Source of the DNA: Octopus vulgaris
Taxonomy: Eukaryota
Length of the DNA stretch: 64,000 nucleotides
NCBI GenBank assembly: GCA_951406725.2
Contig: OX597824.1
Location: forward strand, 54,312,001-54,376,000
Direction: 5' to 3'
The position numbers were made by a program, and so were the translations under genes. The notes beneath the pieces are model-generated. The model saw only the letters and a list, made by a program, of their open reading frames with translations, searched no databases and was not told the origin of the DNA. Below, piece by piece: positions 23,592 to 36,569 of this stretch (its first letter is position 1; each line of letters opens with the position of its first letter).

Positions 23592-26572
23592 CTTTATTCA
23601 CCATAAGGTTGAGAAAAAGAGGGGACAAAACAAACGTTGGGGTCAGCGTATCGAATGAGACGAAACATGAATAAACAAACAATTAATATATATACAATTA
23701 AATGAGAATGAGTGATTAACAAAAAATGAAGCGGAGGACGCGGTCGACCCCACAAACCACATACTCACACTGAAGACTTTGCTTTATCCTTTTTTACATT
23801 CTCGATTAAATAGGTTCTTTCACTCGCAACATACTTGCTATAGACTTCCATCTTTTACGAAACACACTTTGCGACAGGCATTTCTTCTCCAGCCTTATTT
23901 TCCGTTTCATGTGGAAAACGAAAAAGTCGATTAGCTCGAGACTGGAGATAAACATGCCTGTTGCAATTCCTTTTACTCTCGTCTTCCACACTACTTCTTT
24001 CGCCATAGCAACTACCGAAAGAAAACAGGCTCGCTCCTCCCTATTCAGGAAGGTCGGCGGAACTATCTTAATTACAGATTCGCTCGACAGTTGTACTCTT
24101 CTCGAATGCGACAGCAGGTGTTCGACATAAGTCCAGAGTTCAGTCACCTTGGGGCATTGCACAATCGCGTGCAGGACAGTTTCACTGTCCCTCTTACATC
24201 TTGCACAAACCGGCGAAGGTGCACACCCATGTCTAAAGAGCTTATCTCGAACCGGTAAAGCTCCTCTGTAACATTGCCAGGCCAGGGACTTTTGGTAATT
24301 ATCCATAGGCCCCGGACCGAATGTTCTTTGGAACAGGCTGGCCAGTTGATTTTCGTCGAAGCCCAGAGTTTCTCCTAGGACGTCGTCACATTTAAACTCT
24401 ACTAACCCTCTATAGAAGAACGCGGTAGTAGCCCCGCCACCGGCGTTGCCCGACTGGGAGAGAAGCACGAGTGCCTGATAGCACTCTGCATGCCACATGC
24501 CCAAGCTCGGTCTACACTTGATCCATGGGTTCAGTTCGTTAAACGATGTGAACTGTGGAAATAACAGCTTGACAAACGGAGACCACACCTGCTCACCGTC
24601 CAGGTAAATCCAGAGGTGCCTAAGCCTGAGCGCATGTCTGCGCATTTTTAGCCACGGCATCCCTAACCCACCGTTCAGCGGCTTTTGGCAGCAAATAGAG
24701 CGCCTTACAAGAGGTCTGCTGCCCCTCCACAAAAAGCGAAAGAGCATGCGTTCCAGTTTGTTCAGCCACGAATCGGGGCAAGGCACGACGGTTAGGCGGT
24801 AAGTGATTACAGAGGCGATAAACATTTCTGCAACCTCCGCCTTCCCTTTCAAGGACAGATTCCGTTCAGACCATGTCTGAGTTAGGAGAGTCACCTTTCT
24901 CGCCACCTCGCTCCAATTCTTCTCTATCTGGAGATCTGGACCTAACCAGATCCCAAGCATTTTCACCGGTCCTTCCGTCCAACGTCCTACGACGCTGTCG
25001 GAAGACATCGACTTGCCCCTCCAGGTGCCGAGTTGCAAGCCGACCGATTTATCCAGGTTGACTTTCGCTCCTGCCACCGCTTCGTAGTCCCCAAGGCCTC
25101 ACCCACCCACTGTAGGTGCTCGACTCGGGAAACGATGACGGTGATGTCGTCCGCATACGCCGAAGCTGACTTTCCGCACCCTAGATCTTGCGGGGTGCCT
25201 CTCATAGTTTCCAACCTCCTACCGAACGTTCAATGCTGAACGGCTCCGAAAGGAAACCATTTACCCGAACTACCAATTCGATGTTGCTGTATAAAGCGAT
25301 GATCCATCCGCGGAAGGTCGGGCCGAAGTCAGCCGCCGCGAGGACCGCCGCCAGATACTGATGGTCCACCCTATCAAACGCTTTCGATTGGTCCAAGTGG
25401 ACCATAGCCCCACCCTTGCCAGGAATCCTATTTACCCTTTCTAAGGCATAGCGTAGAAAGTGGAGATTGTCGTGGATGGTCCTTCCAGGGATGGCGCAAG
25501 TTTGCGCCTCGCCAACAAGTTCACCCACGACCCTCGCCAACCTTTTTGCTAAGACCTTGGCCAAGATCTTCAACTCTGCGTTAAGCAGAGTGATAGGCCG
25601 GAAATTATCAATTAAATCCCCCTTGTTTGGGTCCTTTCTTAACAACGCTACCACCCCTCGGCTCACAGACTTAGGAATTCTCCCGTTCTGCTGCCAGTTG
25701 GTGTACACGCATGCAAGTAGGTGCCCAAACAAGTCTGGCATGCTACTATAGAGTTCGTAAGGCAGACCATCGAGTCCCGGCGATTTGTCCCCGCCGCATT
25801 CTGCCAACATATCCTCGACTTCTTTGGCTGTGATCGGCGCCTCACAAGATTCTGCATCCGGCCCCGATAGACGCGGCGAACCGGCTAGGAAGTCTGCGAG
25901 CTTCTCCCCGCGCTCCAGCTCGCCGCTCCTCCCGAATAGCTGGGCGAAATGATCATGAAACACCTTGCACATCTCCTCGGGTTCGTTTACTAATCGACCA
26001 TTTGGGCCCGTCAAGGATCGAATGGTTGAGTTGTTGCCACGCTGGCCCTCTACTACCCGGGCCCATCTGGCTGCGTTGATCCCTTCCTGTCTCATTGCAC
26101 GGATCTTAGCCCTAATAATGCACCCTTCATGTTTAGCTTGGAGATGTTGGTCTAGTGCTAACCTCGCCGCTAACACTTTCGATGCACAGCCCGACCTCAT
26201 TGCCTCCTCTATAGCCTTAACTAGTTCCTTTTCTACTTTGTTTCTAGCACTAGCTAGTTCTTTGCTAAACCTAATTGACTCAAATTTGATGGCTCTTTTC
26301 AGGGCGTACCACCATTTATTGTTGATAATGGATCCGGTTAACGCCCTCATTACTAATTGTTTAATCCGATTCCAGTAGGCTTCACAGTCCAATAGTGACT
26401 TGTTTAGCTTCCAGTAGCCGGTACCTCGTCTACACATGCTATCTATGTCGAACGTACAGGTCACTAATTTGTGATCGCTGTAGCTGACGATATGGTGTTG
26501 TGGACAGCTAAGTATTTTCTTATCTTTCCTTCTAGTTATGATTCTATCGATATAAGATCTGGACGACCCGTC
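23587..26572 (-). mobile_element. Young 5'-truncated Tx1-clade LINE (ORF2 ~26572-23806, two lesions) inserted in (TC)n
   Basis: Long ORFs 25202-26704 (SDHKLV, YWKLN, KSPGLDG, NFRPITLLN, LDQSKAFDRV) and 23806-25077 (GGLG, CARC..H..C), with YADD in 24987-25214. Small deletion at the QGCPLS motif. Flanked by (GA)n on both sides. Confidence 0.92.
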
Positions 26573-26906
26573 AGAGAGAGAGAGAGAGTGTGTGTGTGTG
26601 TGAAAGAGAAGACAGGCAGCGTTCATCAATAAAGTGAAAAAGTTTTTGTTGAGAGAGAGAGAGAGAGAGCGAGAGGCACTGTTTGATACCACTCCCTCTC
26701 TCATTGTTATTACTCATATTTATTCTGCTACTCTCTTATTGCATGATTTTGGAGAAAAAAACAAGCTCATTATTATTAATAGATGTCTATGATTATATTG
26801 ATTGCCAAGATATGTATGCACGATTAAGCATGTGTGTATATGTGTATACTTATAACTGTCTTTGTGTGACGATGCATGTATGATTATGTATACACACACA
26901 CACATA

Positions 26907-28303
26907 CTAGCAGTAAAACCTGTTGTTAATCGGTTAATTACTTTTATTGTCTATCGGGGGCCACATAGAATGTATTATTATATGTATAATTTACTCCTTC
27001 TATACGTGTGCATTTTTAGAAGAGAAAACTATGTAATAATTGAAGTAGAAGATCAATATTATACATGAACTTGTGTTTGTTTATGATATAATAATAATAA
27101 GTGAGTTGTATGTGTTATTTTATTTATCTATAATTTCGTTGATGTTCAGTTTCAGATGCACATCTAGCTTTCTTTCTGTGTCGCTGATCTCCTAGACATG
27201 CGTGTCTCATTGTCGTTTTCTAATGCATCTTGTGCGTTTGTTTTGTGAGGGTCTTTTTTCATGAGACATGTTTTTGATAAATATGACTAAGTAATAGTGA
27301 AATGAAATTCGGACGCTATGTTAAAGTAATGCAAGGAAAATAGGTATATCATATAGAAGAAAAGCTTAAGGGAATTTAAAATGTTTTTGATAAGGAATAT
27401 CAGTAAGTTACAGTGAAATGGAAGTACAAATGATGTGTGAATATCTGTAAGTAATAGTGAAATGAATGATGTTTAAATATTTATGAATGAAGAATTTTGC
27501 CAAGGTGGTGAAGTTTGTTTTCAAGATCTTTTGTTTCAGGCGGTAAAGAGAGTGGGAGAGAGAGAGAGACAGACAGAGATAGAGAACACGCAGATGATGG
27601 TAGAAAAAAATAACAAGTCTGTGTGTATGCCGTTAATGTTACCCGGTGTAATTTTGGACTTTGTATGGTTACGTATAGAAATATAACACACACACACACA
27701 CACACTCATTTGTTTTGAAGTTTGTGATCCGTTGTATTAAATATACTCATCCACCTGCTATAGAGAATGAATCAGACAGAAGGCAACGGTTAGCCAGAGA
27801 GAGACAAAGGCAAAGAACAGACTGTCTCACTCAGGAAAAACTGGACGCAAGAAGATTAAACAATGCATTAAGATTATTACATTAATCACAAGAAGTGAGA
27901 CAAGAGAGATGAGCACAAGACACAAGACAGGCCCAAAGACGGAAAGGAGCACCTAATTGCACAAAGGAGAGATATGCTAAGAGAGTGAGCAGCACAAAAG
28001 TGCCAAGACGAAACAAGAGTAAGCAGCAGTGAGGAGAGAATATCTAAGAATGAGAGCATCACAAAGGCGACAAGATGAAATGAAAGAGGAAGCAGCACAA
28101 AGGGAAAAAATCAAAAGAGAGAGAAAATTAAGGAGAAGAATGGAAGAAGTAATTATTATTGAAATGGGCCATCCAAAACAAGGCAAACTCATTGCTGGTA
28201 GGGTTTTCACTAGAAACGTGGTGTTGAAGCAAATACTGAGATAAAAGTTGTGATGTTTTTATTTTAATTTTATTTTTCATATCATTTTCATGTGGTCATT
28301 TCT

Positions 28304-28330
<27 letters not shown>
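26907..28330 (-). mobile_element. Probable non-autonomous Helitron (related copy starts at 41800)
   Basis: Minus-strand 3' end: hairpin, TTACTG, CTAG|T. About 200 bp are shared with 41800-41999. The 5' end is lost in (TA)n. Confidence 0.5.
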
Positions 28331-28347
<17 letters not shown>

Positions 28348-28362
28348 TAGTATGTATCATCA

Positions 28363-29002
28363 TCATCATTGTTTAACGTCCGCTTTCCATGCTAGCATGG
28401 TTTGGACAATGGCTGCACCAGGCTCCAATCTTGATCTGGCAGACTTTCTACAGCTGGATGCCCTTCCTAACGCCAACCACTCCAAGAGTGAAGTGGGTGC
28501 TTTTACATGCCACCGGCACGAGGCAACGGCCACGCTCAAATGGTGTTTTTTACATGCCACCTGTACAGGAGCCAGTCCAGCGGCACAGAAGCCAGTTAGC
28601 CGCTCTGGCAACGATCACGCTTGGATGGTGCTCTTAGCGCTCCACTAGCAACAGGTCTTCGCAAGCAGAATTTAGCGTCCAATGAAGGAAAGGTACACAT
28701 AAGTGGACTGGTTACACCCCTGGCATAGGCCACAAGGTTATGGTCTCATTTGGCTTGCCGGGTCTTCTCAAGCACAGCATATTTCCAAAAGTCTTGGCCA
28801 CTAGTCATTGCCTCGGTGAGGCCTAATGTTCGAAGGTCGTGCTTCACCACTTCATCCCAGGTCTTCCTGGGTCTACCTCTTCCACAGGTTCCCTAAACCG
28901 CTAGGGTGTGGCACTTTTTCACACAGCTATCCTCATTCATTCTTGCCACATGACCATACCAGCGCAACCCTCACCTTACTGACAGTGTCCCTGTACATGG
29001 CA
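28363..29002 (-). mobile_element. RTE LINE 3' fragment
   Basis: (GAT)n tail and 3' UTR, with reverse translation GTCGRGRPRKTW..VVKHDLRTLGLTEAMT. Confidence 0.85.
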
Positions 29003-29339
29003 TATATATTCACACACTTTCATCAAAACTTTTACACATATCTATACAAATATATATAAATATGTTTATGTGCCCATAAATGTGCACACGCACATGTGAA
29101 TATATATGTCAATCCTGGCAACCCATACACACACAGTTACATGTATATATATGCAAGGCCAGCCTTAGGAGGTGTGGGGCCCAATTGGGAACAATTTTGG
29201 TGGGCCACAGGTTTCCAGTCAACTTGCACCTCAGAAATTCCCTCCCCAACCCCACCTTGGAGGTTTTTTTCCTCATTTTGTTTTCAGTTGCTATCAACTA
29301 AGCTCACCTAATATGCTGTAGAGGACTTCAATAACTGCT

Positions 29340-30060
29340 ATTTCTACTATGCTAAACAGTCACAGAATGGGATATATAGAATGAAAAGAATAAAGTGAAA
29401 GTTACAGATATTATTAGGCAATGAGGGCAGATATTTGAAATAGCTGAAAGTGTGTTTTTTCCAATGTAAACACCTGAAAACACGTTCTTTATAGGTGTTG
29501 ACAAGCGTGTGTTTGGAGAAAAGGGTAAATAGTTGTTCATCTGTACAAAGAGGGCAAAATGATTTGCCCTTATCATAAGGGAACAGTCTTGACAAAATTT
29601 TCCAATCCAAAGAAAATTGTTTATTACAGTCTTTGAGATACCAAATTAGTTTACATTTATTAATATCTTTGAATGTAGAAAGATGATTGGCAATGCGCTT
29701 TCTTAACTCTGTGGAGGAAGGTCCAACATAAAAATATTCTTTAGTTCCTGAAGTAACTTTGCATTCATAAACATTTTTAATTGTGCAATTTCCGTCAAGA
29801 ATGCATGTTCTATTCGGATCACAATTACAAGTAATATTACTATTAATATTTTTATTTAAGGAAAGATTATCATTATTAATATTATTGTTATTATTTACAG
29901 TTATTGAGTGAAACCCTTTTACCATTAAGAATATAGTTGTTATGTGAAGAGATAATTTATAATCTCCTCCCTGATGAGATTAATATATCATTCCACATTA
30001 TTTTTCCTCCCAGATTAATTTTAAAGTATTCATTGAAACATATATGTCGGCGATATAAAT
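29340..30060 (-). mobile_element. Penelope-like element (GIY-YIG fragment) with inverted terminal segment
   Basis: ORF 29347-29925: CNC..CILDGNC..VYECKV..FYVGPSSTELRKRIANH..LIWYLK..LDWKIL..CPLC..E..RCLH. A homolog lies at 45700-46100. Confidence 0.85.
29962..30054 (+). ncRNA. Minimal type-I hammerhead ribozyme motif (Penelope-associated)
   Basis: CTGATGA (29971) .. GAAA (30035), palindromic stem III CATATATG, GTC cleavage triplet. Stem I is weak. Confidence 0.55.
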
Positions 30061-30133
30061 GATTTAAATAGCATCTTGTGTGTTTGTCGCCATTTTCCAT
30101 TTCTGTTATATATATATATATATATATATTATA

Positions 30134-31266
30134 CTAGCTGAAGGTGACCCGCTCTACGCGTGGGTAAGAGTGTGGTTGTTACTTTCTGTTGCTTCCTTTC
30201 AGCACGTAAAAAGCACCATCCGAACGTGGCCGATTGCAGCGCCGCCTTGACTGGCTTCTGTGCCGGTGGCACGTAAAAAGCACCAACTGATCGTGGCCGC
30301 TGCCAGCACCCCTGGCACCTGTGCTGGCAGCACGAAAAAAGCAACCACTACGCTCACAGAATGGTTGGCATTAGGAAGGGCATCCAGCTGCAGAAACACT
30401 GCTAGATCAGACTGGAGCCTGGTGCAGCCTCCTGGCTTCCCAGACCCCAGTTGAACCGTCCAACCCATGCGTGCGTGTGTATGCATGTATGTGTATATGT
30501 ATGTATGCATGTATGTGTGTGTGTGTATGTATGTGTGTGTGTGTGTGTGTATGTATGTGTGTGTGTATGTATTTCCATTGAGTCAACCTCATTATTTTCT
30601 ACATAGCAGACCGTTACATAAACAGGCAAAGGTACATACATACATACACACTCACACATACATACACACACACATAGATACATACACACACATACATGCA
30701 TACACACGCACGCACTACAAAAAGCGAGTAAAAAATTTCAGTTATCTCTCTTTTTCACACAGACAGAAGCATAAAAGAAGGCGGTTTGAGGAAGTGAAAG
30801 TAATGGGAATGTATGAAATAGAGTGAGTATTGTGTGTTAGTGGTGGTGGTGGTGGCGATGATAATTATCATTAGGAAAAAGAGTGAGTGATTGAGGAAGA
30901 CATATACATAAGTTGTGGCGATGATAATTCTCTCTATGAATGCAGACTGACGTAGAGAGAGAGAGAGAGAGTGAAAGTGCTGTGAGGAAATAGAGTGAGT
31001 GAAAAATTGATGGGAAGAGAGGAAAGAACGGCGTTTCACGAAGTTATATATGAAGGGGAGTTAGAGGGGAAAGGAGGAAATAGCGTGAGTGAGGAAGATG
31101 GCCCCTAGCAACCACACCTTTTAAGATAGGGATTTCTAAGGTAGCCCACGGGCATCGTCACCTCATTCTACATGTCCTTGTACATTTTGGAGTGAATCGG
31201 ACGGGACGTATTGGCATTGAAAGCTAGCCAAGCGGTAAAAACGCATTTCAGTTTTATATATAGAGA
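30134..31266 (-). mobile_element. Non-autonomous Helitron, unit 1 of tandem dimer (contains RTE 3' UTR fragment)
   Basis: 5' TCTCTATATATAAAAC at 31266. 3' hairpin CCCACGCGTAGAGCGGG, then TCACCTTCAG CTAG|T at 30134. Confidence 0.8.
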
Positions 31267-32818
31267 CTAGCTGAAGGTGACCCGCTCTACGCGCGGGTAA
31301 GAGTGTGGTTGTTACTTTCTGTTGCTTCCTTTCAGCACGTAAAAAGCACCATCCGAAATTCGTAAACACCAAGTTTTGAAGTGATTCTTTCTCACGACAG
31401 TAGACTCACCATGGCAAGCATTCAAAACCTCTTCATCATGGACGGCAACACATTGAAGATTAAAAGGCTGGCGCAAATTTTTTAGCTTGATGTAACAGAG
31501 AATTCCTAAACACTCGCTCCTTGAAATTTTAATCCCCTTTCAGCCCCATTTAGACCCCTTTTCACATTTTGGTTAATATAACCTGATTTCATCCGGGTCT
31601 ACTGGGGCCACATTTTATAAGATGAGGAATTTTGTCCTAGAGGTCATGCCTTTCATTTGAGGAAAAAAATAGTTGTCATGCAAACTTGCCAGCACTTTTA
31701 ACCCTTTCGTTACCAAACCGCCCAAAGCCGCCTGAAAAAAATTTTGGTTAATGCGCCCAAACCCGCCCGTATTTACCTATTCATATTTAAATGAGAATAT
31801 CGGAGCAAATCTCTTTATTACATTCGTGAAAACACGTGATTATACTTCATAAACAGTTCATCTACAGTTTTGTACAACAATCGAAGTGTAATTTTAATTC
31901 CGCGAATTTTGGGAGATTTTTTTTCCAAAATTTGTTCCTATTGTGTTTTCAGATTTTGTAATTCTGACAAAAAATGGATACGAATTTCATAATATCAAGC
32001 AGCGAGTCAGGATTCAAAGGATTTTCTACTGAAGACCTTGTTAAATCTAACTCTATGACTGAAAAAAAAAAGCACGTGGTATTTGATAATGAATCTGATG
32101 TTTCATTTTCCGAAAGTGAAAACAGTGAATCCGAGAGCTCCGACAGCGATAAAGAAAATGAATTGGCACCTAACTGGAGTGAAAATTGAAAAACTGTTTC
32201 TTTCGGTGATTTTTCTGAAGAAACTGGACCAAGCCACAGACTTTCCCAGGAGAGTAAAGCCTTAGACTATTTCTTTTTACTTTTTCGAATGAGCCTATTT
32301 GAAATCATTACGGCGGAAACCAACTGTTACACTAAATATAAACAAAGCAAAAGAAAGGATAGTTAGTGATTTCCCACAACCTTAAATGAAATTAAGACTA
32401 TTTTGCCATAAATATTATTATGGGTATCAGAAAGTTACCCAGAATAACAAATTCTATCGTAAAATTTTGTTGTATACCCAATTGAATATTAGCTAATAAC
32501 CCATTTTCTATAGTGATGTTTGAACAAAATTTTAATGATTTTATATTTTGTTGAATTTACCTGTATCTACCTGCAATTAGAGTCACTTTGTGACAAAAAT
32601 TATAGTATAGAATTGGTTGAGAACATTTCATTCAATTATCTTCCAAAAATCACATTAATATATTGATGAATAAAAAAGTTATAGTTGTTTAATGAAACCA
32701 GACTAACTTTATGATTATGTTAGAAATTAAGGGGTGTATTTTGGTCAGAAATATAGTAACGAAAGGGTTCATAGGTGTGCATATTTTCAGCTGAACCGAC
32801 CGACCACATAATGCACAC

Positions 32819-32870
<52 letters not shown>

Positions 32871-33576
32871 CATGCATTATATATACAAATTATTATATAT
32901 ATATATGTATAAATTAAATTAGAGATAAAACCACTAATAGGCAAAAAAACAAAAACATAAAAATAAAAATATAATATAGAAAATATATAAAATTGAAAAA
33001 TTTAAATTATTCAAATTTAAAATAAAAATTATTAAATTACATTTATAATTTGTTTAAAAATATATATAACTATCAAAAAGTATTAAAAAGTTTAATATAC
33101 ATAAATACAGATATATACACTTTGTATATATACATTATATATACATATTTATATATCGAACACACACACACACACATATATAAATGAACGCAATGAATAT
33201 CTGATTCATAATATTTGTACTCATGATTGTGTGTTGTTGGTAGCGATGATAATTCTCCCTATGAATGCAGACAGATACATCAAAGAAAGCTGTCTGACGA
33301 ACTTATAAAGGGAAAGTGAAAGGGAGTTGAGGGGAATACATTAAATAACGGGAGTGGACTTCTCAAAGTTATATATGAAGGGGAGTAAGAGAAGGAAAGG
33401 AGGAAATAGCGTGAGTGAGGAAGATGGCCCCTAGCAACCACACCTTTCAAGATAGTCCACGGGCATCGTCACCTCATTCTACATGTCCCTGTAAATTTTG
33501 GAGCGAATCGGACGGGATGTAGTGGCATTGAAAGCGATCCAAGAGGTAAAAACGCTTTCAGTTTTATATATAGAGA
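31267..33576 (-). mobile_element. Non-autonomous Helitron, unit 2 of tandem dimer (hosts piggyBac)
   Basis: A|TCTCTATATATAAAAC at 33576. 3' hairpin CCCGCGCGTAGAGCGGG, then CTAG at 31267. About 200 bp of 5' and 90 bp of 3' sequence are shared with unit 1. Confidence 0.8.
31702..32767 (+). mobile_element. piggyBac transposon, internally deleted
   Basis: TTAA|CCCTTTCGTTAC ... GTAACGAAAGGG|TTCA. The remnant from 31974 has an acidic N-terminus then ALDYFFLLF..EIITAETN.Y..TTLNEIK..IIMGIRKLP, typical of the piggyBac transposase N-half. Confidence 0.9.
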
Positions 33577-33791
33577 TTACAGCATAGAAGGTGTTTATAA
33601 GCCATTTAAAAACACACAATAACTGTTAGATTCACTTAAACATTTAAATTTAATTTGTGAAAATATTTTCATCACTTTCTAACCATGACCTGTTCACTGA
33701 CAAAATTCTGTGCTGCATAAATATGTGTGTGTGTGTGTAATATATATTATATTGTACAAACACACGCACATGTGTATATATATATATATAA

Positions 33792-36160
33792 AGCACCCAC
33801 TACACTCACGGAGTGGTTGGCGTTAGGAAGGGCATCCAGCTGTAGAAACATTGCCAGATAAGACCGGAGCCTGGTGCAGCCTTCTGGCTTCCCAGATCCC
33901 CGGTCGAACCGTCCAACCCATGCTAGCATGGAGAACGGACATTAAACGATGATGATGGTGATATATATACATACACACACATACACAAATGTACATATGT
34001 ATTTGACATTAGGTGACATGGAGATAGCCTTTGGCAGGATTCCCTGCACCCTTGTCTGGTAGTTACCACAGAAGTTAGGAGTAGACAAATGGCTGGTAAG
34101 AGCTATCCAGGCCATGTACAGGGATATTGTCAGTAAGGTGAGAGTTGTCAATGTATACAATAACAAATTTAGTATGCAGGTCATTCACTATGGCTCAATT
34201 CTTAGTCCCCTCCTGTTTATCATGATCCTTTTTAGACTGGTTGCCCATGGGATCTTCTCTGCATTGATGACTTAGTTCTTATTTAAAACTGCAGTAGATT
34301 TAGAACTTAAATTCCAAATGTGGAAGCAAAACCTGAAATCAAAGGGTCTTACAGTTAACTTAACAAAGACAAAAGTTCTAGTATGCAAGAAAACAGACAA
34401 ACCACTAATTCTTTCAGGTAAATAGTTTTGTACACTATGTTGAAAAGGTGTAGATAGGAATTCCAAACAGTGACCCCACTGCAAACTGTGGACACACAAG
34501 AGGTGTGATGGAATCGTGGAATGGCTAACACAGAAAATAAGCAATGTGCATGGCAGAGGCACAGGAGCAATACACAATAAGAACGTACAGGAAATAGATT
34601 TTCTTGACTGCCTAGGAAGATCCTTAGAGGTAGCTGATAGCTTGTGTGAACTATGAGGAGGTACTCAAAAGTAACCAGAATGAGACAAGCCCATTGTAGT
34701 TCAGGCTTCTGCCACAAGAGTCCACTTGATGCGACCCTCAGCCATCAGTCTGTCAACCAGCGTTGAGCAGTAGGGTCATACAGATACGTAGTGCATTTTT
34801 ATTTTGCAGTGCTTCTCCCCGGTTTGTTAATTTTTGCAACAGCTAAAACAAAGGAACATGCTTTCATGAAATTGTTTTCTGCTGGAGAAAATGGCAACTG
34901 AAACATCTGTCATGCTTCAAACAGCTTACAAGGACGCTGCCATGAGCAAAACACAAGTTTATGAGTAGTTTTCATGCTTTAGGAATGGTCCCTTGTCGCT
35001 TGAAGACCAACCTTGTTCAGGGTGACTGTCAACCTCCTGAATGAATGAAAACATCATGAAAATTCATGAACTGATCTTGGAAGACTGTTGCCAAACAATT
35101 GACGAACTTGTTGATATGATTGCTATGTCCCGGAGCTCCTGCCAACGAATTTGGAGCAAAGAATTGTGAATGAAAAGAATTGCAGCAAAATTTGTGCTTC
35201 ACTTGCTCACAGAAGATCAAAAGCAGTCATGACAGAATGCATGTTGTGAACTGAAAGAACAGTTGGAATTTGATCTGGACCTTTTTATGAATGTCATCAC
35301 TGGTGACAAAAGCTGCTGCTATGGCTATGACCTGGAAGCATTTGATGTCACCATGCCCCCCAAAAGCAGAATTTGTTCCCCCTGGTCAAACTATTAACCA
35401 GACATTTTACTTGGCAGTTCTGAAGTGTTTGCAAGACACATTGAGATGAGAATGCTACAACTTGTGGTGAAGTGCAGAGTTGTGGTTTCATCACAACAAT
35501 GTACCTGCACATACTGCCTTGAGTATGAGAAGTTTTTGACCAAAAATGGCATGATCCCACTTACCCATCCTCCCAATTCAACTGATCCTGCTCCCTGCAA
35601 CTTTTTTTTCTTTGTTCCCCTAAATGGAAAAAGTCCTTAAAGGAAAACGTTTTGCAGATGTGAAAGAAGTGAAGAAAAAATAATGGAAGCATTAAAAGGC
35701 ATCACTTTGCAAGAGTTCCAGGATTGCATCAAACAGTGGAAAACATGTCTGGATCAATGCATTGCTTCAAATGGAGAATACTTTGAAGGTGATAAAAGTG
35801 TAAACATGTAAAGCTAAATGAATAAAATAATATTGCAAAATTCCAGTTTCTTTTGGGTACACCCTCGTATTTGGCTTAATTAGTAGTGGGGAGAGTGTTC
35901 TGAAAGTATAGAAGTTAGAGCAAGAACAGAAAGGAAAAAGCTCTAAGTACTATTACCTCTGTAGGTAATAAAGGGCCTCTCCCTCAGAGTGAAAATCAGA
36001 TTATATGATACTTGTGTATAAACAGTAATGTTACACAGTAGTGAAACAAGGGTGATAAATGCAGAGGACAAGTGATGGCTAGACATGCAATGTCAGTGTG
36101 CATGTATAACAAATTACAAATACGTTGAGAGAAAATTTACGCATAAGTGATACCTGATAT
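33792..36160 (+). mobile_element. RTE LINE fragments (3' tail 33792-33958; RT/C-terminal part ~34000-36160, split by mariner)
   Basis: GSILSPLLFI, (Y)xDDLVL-like and KGLTVNLTKTK motifs, then after the mariner KGLSLRVK.RLYDTCV. Confidence 0.75.
34654..35867 (+). mobile_element. Mariner transposon, near full length, pseudogenised transposase
   Basis: TA|TGAGGAGGTACTCAAAAGTAACCAGAAT ... ATTCCAGTTTCTTTTGGGTACACCCTCG|TA. Remnants include AAKFVLHLLT, VITGDKSCCYGYD and HPPNSTDPAPCNFF (YSPDLAP motif). Confidence 0.92.
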
Positions 36161-36569
36161 AGATGAAATATATGTATGAAATAGTTAAGAATGACCTCCT
36201 AAAACCATATCATTTATGTCAATACTCCTGCACATAATCTTCCCTGCAACTCATCTTTCTAACACCCTCACCTCACCACTCTTCTGACTATGACACTATT
36301 CATTTAGCTGCAGTAATTAAATGAGAGCAGAGCTGTACCTATTTCACACCCTATTTTTTTATGGTATCACTCAACCTCCTTGTAACCATTTTCTTTGTCT
36401 CCTATATTCTCAGTATCATCCCTTACCACCTTATCTTCACAGAATGTCCCTTTCACCTCCACTTTTTCCCCTATAAACCCTTTCTTTCTGTCAATGGTAG
36501 TCCCCATTGTCCATGTTTGTCTCCCACTATTTCTTTCCCTATTATCCCTGATCTTGTACTTGGCAGTGT

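Noticed and set aside
30402-30826. HT-, YI- and CV-rich ORFs (also near 45326-45741, 46374, 47507, 50511, 51699-52110, 53251 and 55615)
   Set aside because: Translations of (CA)n, (TA)n and (TACA)n microsatellites.
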